DNA of 64,000 nt, from the NCBI GenBank assembly GCA_050485365.1, contig JBJHBH010000003.1:4127-68126 (forward strand). Reading direction: 5' to 3'. The DNA is from Desulfuromonadales bacterium (GTDB lineage: Bacteria; Desulfobacterota; Desulfuromonadia; Desulfuromonadales; JACZKF01). Made by a program: the position numbers and the translations under genes. Positions 16,694-24,577 of the stretch are shown piece by piece; position 1 is the first letter of the stretch, and each line of letters begins with the position of its first letter. The notes under the pieces were generated by a model that was given only the letters and a program-made list of their open reading frames with translations, was not told where the DNA came from and ran no database searches.

Positions 16694-17881
16694 TCACCGA
16701 TTCCTGTGGCACTGCACGCACAGGTCGCGGGTCCCTCTGAATCTGAGATGGTTCTCGTACTCGGTCCCCTTGCTCGTGTGACAGCTCGCGCAGGTCATCA
16801 TCTGGCCGGTTCGCGGGTCGTAGACCGTCTCTCCGATCGGATGGGTGAACTGCTCGTGAGTCACATGGCAGGTGACGCAGACGCTGTTGATGGGTCCTTT
16901 GGCCATTGCCGGGTGATTGGAGCCGTGCGGCGCATGGCAGTCGCTGCACGAGGTGTGCTCCTCGTGCTTGAAGCGCGCATCCTCCATCCGCCGGAAGGTC
17001 GCATCATGACAGGTGCCGCAGACGTGGCGCTCCTTGCCTTTGAGCAGACTCTTCTTGTCGCCTGCGTGGGGCGAATGGCACGCAATGCAGCCGTTGCTGC
17101 CGAAGCGCACCAGATGATTGTGGGACGATGCCATCTGATCGCCGACCTGTGGATGGCAGGCGAGGCAGGTGTCGACGGTGACCGGCTCGTTCCGTCCACT
17201 GTGACAATCCCTGCAGCCGCCGGCGAAGGGCTCGTGCAGTACGTTGCGTATGAGCCCGGGGCGGTTGCTGCCGTGGGGACTGTGGCACGAGCCGCAGTTG
17301 CCGAGATCGGCGGGAAAGTTCGGGTGTTTCTGCCGCACCGAGGCCGCAGAATGGCAGTTCAGGCAGAGCGACTCCTGATCCCTGACCAGCAGATAGGGGT
17401 TTGACGACTGGTGAACTTCATGGCAGGAGGTGCACTGCCCCCGCGCATATGGCGTATGGGTGTTGCGATACTTTCTCGGCAGATCGCTGTGGCAGTCGAA
17501 GCACGTCTCGGAGAGCCGCTTTCCGAGAAGCCCAGGATGATCCGACGCGTGGGGATCGTGGCAGGAGAGACACTCCCCCCGCCGCACCGGCTGATGGACG
17601 ATCCCCTTGCCGTGCTTCTGCGCCGCGCCGGTATGGCACGAGTAGCACAGGCTTTTCACTTCCTGCTGGAGCAGGCCGGGGTACTTGGCCACATGGGGGC
17701 TGTGGCAGGAGGCACAATCGCCGCGAGAGGCGGGCTGGTGCTTCACCCTCTTCTGAAAGGTGCTTCGCTCATGGCAGGAGAAGCAGTCCACGGCGAGGGC
17801 CGCCCCCTGCGCCGCCAGAAAGAGGACGAGGGTCGAGATCGAAACCAGAGCGAATCGCACGAATCGATGTAATGACATCAT
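16694..17881 (-). CDS. Multiheme c-type cytochrome, 16 CXXCH
   Basis: Signal peptide ..LVLFLAAQGAALA. I counted 16 CXXCH motifs, many as paired CxxCH..CxxCHxPH units. ATGA start/stop overlap with the upstream gene at 17878-17881. Confidence 0.85.
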   Translation of the reverse strand: MMSLHRFVRFALVSISTLVLFLAAQGAALAVDCFSCHERSTFQKRVKHQPASRGDCASCHSPHVAKYPGLLQQEVKSLCYSCHTGAAQKHGKGIVHQPVRRGECLSCHDPHASDHPGLLGKRLSETCFDCHSDLPRKYRNTHTPYARGQCTSCHEVHQSSNPYLLVRDQESLCLNCHSAASVRQKHPNFPADLGNCGSCHSPHGSNRPGLIRNVLHEPFAGGCRDCHSGRNEPVTVDTCLACHPQVGDQMASSHNHLVRFGSNGCIACHSPHAGDKKSLLKGKERHVCGTCHDATFRRMEDARFKHEEHTSCSDCHAPHGSNHPAMAKGPINSVCVTCHVTHEQFTHPIGETVYDPRTGQMMTCASCHTSKGTEYENHLRFRGTRDLCVQCHRNR

Positions 17882-19827
17882 CTCGCCCTCCCTTCATGAC
17901 ACGCGGCGCAGTTGCCGGGGGCAAAGGGCCCGTGGCTCACCGGATAGAGCAGATTCTTCTCCGGCCCGCCGTGGGGGTCGTGGCACGACACGCACATGTC
18001 GGGCGCCGGCTTCATCCCCTGGTGCGCCTTGTCGAAGCGCGACGAGCCCGTGTCGTGACACCCAGCGCAAAGCGAGCCGATGCTCTCCACGGTCAGCGAC
18101 GCGAAATTCGATCCGTGGGCGCCGTGACAGGTGGTGCAGTCTTCGGCCGCCGGGGGGTGCATCGCCCCGTCGCGCCAGTACTTCGCCGTGTCGGCGTGAC
18201 AGCCGAGGCACAGAGCGGGCTGCGCTCTGTTGAGATATCCCGCATGGGGGGAGCCGTGGCTGCTGTGGCAGGCGCTGCACTCCATCTTGGCCACCGGCTC
18301 ATGCTGGAACTTGTAACGACCGACCTCTTGCCGAGTGTCGGAATGACAGGAGAGGCAGAGCCCTCCGGGCTGCGACTTGACGAGTTTGCCGTAATCGGCG
18401 CCGTGAGGTGCGTGGCAGGTCAGGCAGTCGCCGTCGGCAAAGGGCTGATGGGCCGTCTTTTCCTTCATGGCGCTCCCCATCCCCGGGTGGCAGGTAAGGC
18501 AGAGCGCCCCTTTGGCAGCCTGCGTCTTCAGAAGACCGCGGCGATCTCCGCCGTGGGGGGTGTGGCATGAGGAACACTCCCCTCTGCCGAAAGGTCTGTG
18601 CAGACTGAACAAGCCCATTTCACCCTGCGTCTGACGGTGGCAAGAGAAGCAGAGCGTCGATTCCGCCTGCGTCAGCAGCTTGCCTCGGTTCGATTCGTGG
18701 GAGGCGTGGCAGTCGAAACAACGCCCCTCTTTGGCGGGGGGATGCGCCCGCCGCGTATCGGAGTAGGTCCTGCGATCGTGACAGGTGAAGCAAAGCGCAG
18801 GGGTATCGGCCTTGAGAAGGGCCTGGTTTTCGCTCCTGTGTCCGCTGTGGCAGGTCATGCAGTCGCCGTCGCGGACGGGCTGGTGCACGCTGCGCATCCG
18901 GCTCCCAGGCAGGCCGTAGCTGTGGCAGTCGAGGCAGACCCGGTTCGGTGAATCGACCAGCATGGCGGTGTGATCGCTGGCATGCACGGCGTGGCACGAC
19001 GCGCAGTCGCCCTCCATGACCGGCATATGCTGCGCCCGCTGCGGAACATCGAAATGGCAGGTGAGACAGATCCCCCCTTCGGCCTGCTGAACTTTGATGG
19101 CGGAGCCCTCAACCTGATGACAGTCGTTGCAGCTTCCGCTCGCCACGGGGTCGTGAACCACCGCCTTGAGGAGCCCCGCCTGGTTGGAGCTATGATGCGA
19201 GTGGCAGTCTGCGCAGTTGGTCGCAACCGGGTAGTTCTGGTGGGCAGCGCCGAATTGTGCCGAATCGGTCGCATGGCAGGAGGCGCACAGCTCGTCCTTT
19301 CCCATGCTCAACAAGCCCGGATGATCGGACATGTGCGCGTCGTGGCAGGTCGCGCACCCCTGGGCGACGGGCGCGTGAACATTGCGTCGCGCAAATGCCT
19401 CGCGCTCATGGCACGCGAAACAGGCATTGGGGCCATCGGCCGTGAGAAGGTTCTTGAACGGGGAATTGTGCGGTTCATGGCAGGTGCTGCATTTCCCCTT
19501 GTTCACCGGTTCGTGCACCGACTTCTTGCTTCCGGCCTGCCTGAAGTCCGTATGGCAAGGCAGGCAGAGGAAAGGTTGTTCCTGCCGCGTCAGGAGCCCG
19601 CCGACCAGGCCATGGGGGAGATGGCAGGCTTCGCAGTTCCTCTCCCGAACCGGGGCGTGCACAACGCCTTGCTGATAATTCGTCGCCGTATCGACATGAC
19701 ATTCTGCGCAGGTGCGGCGAACCTCCCGGGTCGGTCCCTGGGATGAGGGCGCGCAACTCGCAACCAGCGCCGCGATGCCCAGAACACTCAGGCATCCCAG
19801 CAAAAACCTCATCGATCTTCCTCTCAT
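17878..19827 (-). CDS. Giant multiheme c-type cytochrome, 26 CXXCH, probable lipoprotein
   Basis: I take the start at MRGRSMRFLLGCLSVLGIAALVASC (19827), with lipobox LVASC. I counted 26 CXXCH motifs in about 650 aa. TGATG overlap with the upstream stop at 19825-19829. Confidence 0.85.
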   Translation of the reverse strand: MRGRSMRFLLGCLSVLGIAALVASCAPSSQGPTREVRRTCAECHVDTATNYQQGVVHAPVRERNCEACHLPHGLVGGLLTRQEQPFLCLPCHTDFRQAGSKKSVHEPVNKGKCSTCHEPHNSPFKNLLTADGPNACFACHEREAFARRNVHAPVAQGCATCHDAHMSDHPGLLSMGKDELCASCHATDSAQFGAAHQNYPVATNCADCHSHHSSNQAGLLKAVVHDPVASGSCNDCHQVEGSAIKVQQAEGGICLTCHFDVPQRAQHMPVMEGDCASCHAVHASDHTAMLVDSPNRVCLDCHSYGLPGSRMRSVHQPVRDGDCMTCHSGHRSENQALLKADTPALCFTCHDRRTYSDTRRAHPPAKEGRCFDCHASHESNRGKLLTQAESTLCFSCHRQTQGEMGLFSLHRPFGRGECSSCHTPHGGDRRGLLKTQAAKGALCLTCHPGMGSAMKEKTAHQPFADGDCLTCHAPHGADYGKLVKSQPGGLCLSCHSDTRQEVGRYKFQHEPVAKMECSACHSSHGSPHAGYLNRAQPALCLGCHADTAKYWRDGAMHPPAAEDCTTCHGAHGSNFASLTVESIGSLCAGCHDTGSSRFDKAHQGMKPAPDMCVSCHDPHGGPEKNLLYPVSHGPFAPGNCAACHEGRAR

Positions 19828-21452
19828 CAGACTCCTCCAAGCTCCCTTTTCACAGACTGCCACCTACGATCATGCACCTCGATCTTCGAGCGAGACTTGA
19901 GCAGATCGAGATATTCCCTGCGCTTCTGTTCCGTCTTTTCCTGCACGAGTCGAGAACGGATGGTATTTGAAACACGTGCAAGGGGGAGGGGGGATTCGGG
20001 GGTGCGGGAAAGCAGATGCACGATGACCCGGCTCCCCTGCGCGGTGAAGGGCTGGCTCGTATCCCCCACGGCGAGCCTGTCGATAGCCGCCCGAACGTCG
20101 GGGTCGAGATGGCTGACCGGCACCTCCTCGGGGCGAATGTTCCTGCCGAAGTGTTCTCTGACCGCTGCGGGAAACTCCTTGCGCGTGGCGACATCGGCCC
20201 AGACCCTGTCGATGGGCCCTTGGGTGTCGTCGATGATGTAGAACCTGACCAGCGCCGGCTGAGTGAAGCGGGCGATGTTTTCCTCGTAGTGCCTTTGGAT
20301 CTCTTCTTCGGTGACGTCGATTTCAGCGGCGAAGAGGCGTCTTTCGACGGCACCGGTCAACCGATGACGCACGTTGAACTCGTACTCCCACTTGAAGGGC
20401 TCCTTCTCCTCGTAACGGCGATCGAGCGACTCCCAGTTCGTCAGACTCTGGGCGACGATTCCGTCGACCACCCGGGCCTTCGTTTCCCGGGCCTTCTCTT
20501 CATCGAAGGCCGCGTGGGCGGCGTCGGGGCGTTGCCCCATATCGCGCCGGGCGACCTCGACGAACTCCCGCTCCGTCACATTCTGCCGGTTGGTGGAGAT
20601 CACCACCGCGTCGGTCAAGGCCTCGTCGGGGGCCATCAGATCGATGGCGGCGATGCGCTCTTCGTCGACTTTCACCTCGTATTTGCGGCGAAGATCGGCC
20701 AGAAGCTGCAGCGTCAGGGCATTTTCCTGCTCTTTCCAGAGCTCTCTGCGAATCTGTTGCCGAGTCATGTGGAAGTCCGCCTGGTCCGCTCCCTCCATCG
20801 CCTTCAGATGGTAGAGGAGCAGCCCCCCCTTGTGTTCGCTCGGCTCGACGACATCGCCCACCTTGAGGTTTCGGAAGATCTCCACCCACCCCTCATCGAT
20901 GCCGACGGGGCGCACCCAGTTTTCGTTTCGGGTAACGGGGCCTCCCTCCTCGGGATCGCGGGCGATCAGCGTCTCGACATCCAACGCCCCCGTGCTGAGC
21001 TCCTGCCAGGCCGCCATAGCCTGATCCTCACTGCTGAAATGAAGTCGCTCGATCAGCCACCTGGGGGAATACGCCTTTTCATAGCGGGCCCACAGATCGG
21101 CATCGGTGATCTTGATACGGCCGTCGATGGCGTCCCCCTTGAGCAGCAGCAGGGCTCTCGAGGTCAGAAAGACCCTCGTCTGGCGCTGAAAGCCGGGATC
21201 GGTGTCGAGTTGCATCCGCTCACCTTCCCGGGCCAGAAGGAGCCATTCGATATAGGAATCGGGCCTTTTCGGCACCTCGAGCCCTTCATCGTTCCAGAAT
21301 TTCCACCATCGCTTGAAATCGTCGGTGGTGTATCTCGTCCCGTCGATGGTGACCAGGGTGTCGTCGCTGCTGAACAACCAAGCCGAAACCGGAGAAACCG
21401 AAACCAAGGAGGTGCAGGCCATTAGCATTAGAATCGAGAGGATACGTCGCAT
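19827..21452 (-). CDS. Periplasmic SurA/PpiD-like chaperone (PpiC-type PPIase-like)
   Basis: Signal peptide MRRILSILMLMACTSLVSVSPVSA. The N-terminal layout is SurA-like (VTIDGTRYTTDDFKRWW). Two parvulin-like segments follow: KVGDVVEPSEHKGGLLLYHLK and VGDTSQPFTAQGSRVIVHLL. The family call is by eye only. Confidence 0.5.
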   Translation of the reverse strand: MRRILSILMLMACTSLVSVSPVSAWLFSSDDTLVTIDGTRYTTDDFKRWWKFWNDEGLEVPKRPDSYIEWLLLAREGERMQLDTDPGFQRQTRVFLTSRALLLLKGDAIDGRIKITDADLWARYEKAYSPRWLIERLHFSSEDQAMAAWQELSTGALDVETLIARDPEEGGPVTRNENWVRPVGIDEGWVEIFRNLKVGDVVEPSEHKGGLLLYHLKAMEGADQADFHMTRQQIRRELWKEQENALTLQLLADLRRKYEVKVDEERIAAIDLMAPDEALTDAVVISTNRQNVTEREFVEVARRDMGQRPDAAHAAFDEEKARETKARVVDGIVAQSLTNWESLDRRYEEKEPFKWEYEFNVRHRLTGAVERRLFAAEIDVTEEEIQRHYEENIARFTQPALVRFYIIDDTQGPIDRVWADVATRKEFPAAVREHFGRNIRPEEVPVSHLDPDVRAAIDRLAVGDTSQPFTAQGSRVIVHLLSRTPESPLPLARVSNTIRSRLVQEKTEQKRREYLDLLKSRSKIEVHDRRWQSVKRELGGV

Positions 21453-22153
21453 TGTTTGAGTCCTTGTCTTAACCAGAGGTTGATGATTTCCCGGGCAACC
21501 TGTTGATTGAGGCCGGTAACGGTATGGATCGTGCCGAAGTGCATTGCTTTTCGATAATCGGTCCCTTGCCGCTGATGGTATGTGCTCCAGAGGACATCGC
21601 CGCTGCCGGCGTCGCGGATCTGAATGTTCAAGGCGAGAACCGGGTTGACGCTGCCATGCTCGCCGGGGTTCTCTCGCGTCTCGATGACATTGCCGGTGAT
21701 CAGCAGCTGGGCGCCGAGGCGCCCCCCCAGCAGCTTCAACTGCTCGGGGTTGAGGGACGTCCCCGGCAAAAGCCGCAGGTGCTGGTACACCTTCAGAACA
21801 TCTCCTTCCTGGGCCAGGTGATAGTTCCCCGCCCCGGCGAATTCGGTCAGAAAGACCTTGTAAGCGATACTGTCAGCGAGAGGAAAATCCGCTTCATTCA
21901 CAAACGGCAGCACTGCAACGCGGCATATGGAGCCTTCAGGCAAAGGAGCTATTTTCGTGTGATACGGGAAGGAGCCCTGCTTCGCCGCACAGCCCGAGAA
22001 AGCAAAAGCGAGAATCAGAAGGAGAAGAGAGTGGAGCAGTTTTGAATTGAAAGCGCTCACGCCCTGAACCTCGTGCCTTTGGCCTGGTGCCTCAAGCCTT
22101 TCTCCCGGCCCCTTGTTCCCGTCCCCTGGAGACTGCCAGTTGTCAAAACTCAT
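21428..22153 (-). CDS. Lipoprotein with an LpoB/DUF799 (GNA1162)/PelC-like fold signature
   Basis: Lipobox AFSGC. Motifs are RVAVLPFVNE, LGAQLLITGNV and ALNIQIRDAGSGDVLW. The start is uncertain: ATG 22153 overlaps the upstream gene by 11 nt, and GTG 22059 is an alternative. Confidence 0.5.
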   Translation of the reverse strand: MSFDNWQSPGDGNKGPGERLEAPGQRHEVQGVSAFNSKLLHSLLLLILAFAFSGCAAKQGSFPYHTKIAPLPEGSICRVAVLPFVNEADFPLADSIAYKVFLTEFAGAGNYHLAQEGDVLKVYQHLRLLPGTSLNPEQLKLLGGRLGAQLLITGNVIETRENPGEHGSVNPVLALNIQIRDAGSGDVLWSTYHQRQGTDYRKAMHFGTIHTVTGLNQQVAREIINLWLRQGLKQCDVSSRF

Positions 22154-23654
22154 CGACCCACATTTCCGATAGCGGTGCGGCTGGTTCTTCCTTTTTGATC
22201 TGGACTTCCCTTTTGCCGAACTGCCGGAAGAGATCGTCTACCTCTCTGCGCGTCCTGTTGCCGAGGACATCCTGCACCATGAGAAATCCCTGAATCTGGT
22301 CATTCTCCTCACCGGTCGGCACCTCGAAGCCGACCTGAGCGGGCAATTCGTTCCCCTCGGCCATCTTCAGAATGCGCCCCTCCCTCGTCCACATCTCCAT
22401 CCGCCAGTATTCGAGGGGAACCCTGCCGTCGTGGGCGAACTCGACGGTCATCTCCCTGTCGTTTTTCTCGACGGCGAGCTCCACCTGCGGCGCTCTGCGG
22501 TTCAGCTCCACCTTCCGGGTAGCCTTGGCCGAGTTTCCGGCTTCGTCCCAGATTTCGAGGACCACCTCGTATTCCCCGTTCACGACCGGGATGTCGGTAT
22601 TGCCGCGCCCCGACCAGATGAGGGCTTCGGGCAGATTGCCGCCCCCGGCGTCGATCCCCACGACCTCTCCGCGATCGTTCAGAAAAGAGAGACGCCAGCG
22701 CGCGATCGGCTTTCGAACGAGCAGACGGGGCTGGATGATCAGATCCCTTCGGAAAACCGGGACATCCCCTTCGATGCTCGCCCCCTTCAGATCGATTTCG
22801 AAGAGCGGAGGGGTCCCGTCGACGACGTAGGAGCCGAGGAGCGCCGTTTCATTGCGGCCGTACAGAGGCCATTCGAGAAAGAGAGAGACCGGGAACCGTC
22901 CGTCCTTCTCCCCCGCGATCCAGGAGGACTCGAAGGTCAGCCCGTCATCGCTCACCGATGCGGCGTGGATCTGGTCGTCCGATTTGAAGAAGACCCGGGG
23001 GGGGCGCCCTGAAGGCCAGCCGTTTCGAAGCCGGACGCGGGCCGTAAATTCCGCCCCGGGGCGAAGGTGGCTCGGGTGCAGCACGATGGAGTCGATACTT
23101 ATGGTCGCTGCGCGCTGCATCTCGTTGATGATCTCCCAAGGCCACTTCGAAACGAGGTCATCAAGAAGAAAGGGGTGCAGATCGGCCACCGAAGACGGCT
23201 CGCCGATGCCGAGAACCCTGCGACCGTCAGAGGCGCTGAAATGTCCGACATACGTCCAGACGGTGCGGGCATCGGTGGTGCGGACCAGTTGCAGGGTCAA
23301 ACCCATGGACGGCGTCGGCCGCTCCTTCATCTGACTTACGGTTCCCAGCAGCACGAACGGGGCTCCCAACTCTTCCCTGACACGGGATATGTGATACGTC
23401 TCCAGATGGCCGACGGTGCGGATGCGGTTGTGGACCATGAAGGCGATGACCGTCTCCTGACTCTCGATCTCGTTGCCGGCCGTTCTCAAACGTTCGGCAA
23501 GGATCCGGGTAAAGGGGAGATTCACCTCGTTTCTCCCCCTGGTGAGCTCCTGCAGCGGAAAGACGGCTATGGACGGAGGAGCCGCAGCAGCAGCGACGGC
23601 CGGAAATAGAACGCAAAGAATGACGAGTCCGATCTTGGTCATTTTATTGAGCAC
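22143..23654 (-). CDS. Secreted protein: LpoB/DUF799-like N-terminal domain plus Ig-like (FlgD-Ig type) C-terminal domains
   Basis: Signal peptide ..FPAVAAAAA. The N-terminal domain has IAVFPLQEL, LGAPFVLLGTV and GLTLQLVRTTDARTVW. The C-terminal part has ALIWSGRGNTDIPVVNGEYEVVLEIWDEAGNSAKAT, typical of FlgD-Ig-like folds. Confidence 0.45.
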   Translation of the reverse strand: MLNKMTKIGLVILCVLFPAVAAAAAPPSIAVFPLQELTRGRNEVNLPFTRILAERLRTAGNEIESQETVIAFMVHNRIRTVGHLETYHISRVREELGAPFVLLGTVSQMKERPTPSMGLTLQLVRTTDARTVWTYVGHFSASDGRRVLGIGEPSSVADLHPFLLDDLVSKWPWEIINEMQRAATISIDSIVLHPSHLRPGAEFTARVRLRNGWPSGRPPRVFFKSDDQIHAASVSDDGLTFESSWIAGEKDGRFPVSLFLEWPLYGRNETALLGSYVVDGTPPLFEIDLKGASIEGDVPVFRRDLIIQPRLLVRKPIARWRLSFLNDRGEVVGIDAGGGNLPEALIWSGRGNTDIPVVNGEYEVVLEIWDEAGNSAKATRKVELNRRAPQVELAVEKNDREMTVEFAHDGRVPLEYWRMEMWTREGRILKMAEGNELPAQVGFEVPTGEENDQIQGFLMVQDVLGNRTRREVDDLFRQFGKREVQIKKEEPAAPLSEMWVDEF

Positions 23655-23708
23655 GCGCTCTCAACCCCTTTAACCCCTCAGCCTCAGATCCACTGTAAGT
23701 TTTTCCGC

Positions 23709-23810
23709 AATGCATCCCCTCCCTTTGGAAAGAGGGGGAAGGGGGGGGATTTCTTGCGAGCAACCTCAGGCAAATCCCCCTAATCCCCCTTTGTTAAAGG
23801 GAGACTTGGC
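23709..23810. mobile_element. MITE-like GC-rich hairpin element flanked by a 9-bp direct repeat
   Basis: TTTTTCCGC occurs at 23700-23708 and 23811-23819 and brackets 102 nt. The enclosed sequence contains the hairpins CCCCTC..GAGGGG and CCCTTT-GTT-AAAGGG. The ends are partly inverted (CTCCCTTT / AAAGGGAG). Confidence 0.45.
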
Positions 23811-23825
23811 TTTTTCCGCGAAGCG

Positions 23826-24425
23826 TCATCTGATCGTCGCCAGCATTCTGCTCACGAGAGTCAGTGTGACCTCGAAGGAGTTCTTCGGCGTCGTCCCGAA
23901 GAGCCGGTCCATCAGCGAGTAGCCGCTCCCCCGCCCGCTCGACTGCCACAGGACCATCCCCGTCTCGGTGTCGACGAGACGCAACGTCAGGGAGATTTCG
24001 GGGTAGACGGCCCCCCCGGTGCGGGCGCCCGCCTCCTGCTCGACGGAGCCGAGGATGAAGGCCTGGGTTCCGAGGCGCTGCCCCAGACGGCGCATGGTCG
24101 GTCCGTCCATGGGCGCACCCGCCTCGATCGCTTCGGCCCGCAGCGTGCTGTCGACCCGCCCCTTGTCCACCACGTCGAACAGGCCCGATGCGAGGAGTTG
24201 GGTCATGGTGATCTCGCGGGTGCGCTGAGCGGCGCCGGCCCCGCCGCCGAGGTTCTCGAAGGGGAGAACGGCCACCGTCTGGATGTAGGAGAGATTGACT
24301 TCATCCCGCATGAAAGACTTAGTCTGATTGCGCCCGCTGCATGCGGAAAGAGAAATCGACAAGAAGACGAAAATCAGCAGGAGTGCGACAATTTTCTTCT
24401 GTTTCATCTCGTAGAAGTCCTTCAT
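23826..24425 (-). CDS. Lipoprotein with an LpoB/DUF799 (GNA1162)/PelC-like fold signature
   Basis: Lipobox LSLSAC. Motifs are TVAVLPFENLGG, LGTQAFILGSV and SLTLRLVDTETGMVLW. These are the same three blocks seen in 21428-22153 and in the N-terminus of 22143-23654. Confidence 0.55.
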   Translation of the reverse strand: MKDFYEMKQKKIVALLLIFVFLSISLSACSGRNQTKSFMRDEVNLSYIQTVAVLPFENLGGGAGAAQRTREITMTQLLASGLFDVVDKGRVDSTLRAEAIEAGAPMDGPTMRRLGQRLGTQAFILGSVEQEAGARTGGAVYPEISLTLRLVDTETGMVLWQSSGRGSGYSLMDRLFGTTPKNSFEVTLTLVSRMLATIR

Positions 24426-24514
24426 GAAATTGGCTGGAATAAATGTACAGAAACTAATTTTTTAATGCAAGAGAATTTTTTAAGAAAGTAACATTAATCT
24501 TCTAGCACCTTCCG

Positions 24515-24562
24515 CCTCGCCTCTCCCCGAGGGAGAGGGTGCCTAAAGGGCGAGTGAGGGGG
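24515..24562. repeat. Copy, in inverted orientation, of the CCTTCGG..CCCTCTCC-NNN-GGAGAGGG double-hairpin repeat
   Basis: CCTCGCCTCTCCCCGAGGGAGAGGGTGCCTAAAGGGCGAGTGAGGGGG is the near reverse complement of the 49727-49774 copy. Confidence 0.5.
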
Positions 24563-24577
24563 TATTGGCTTTTGCCC

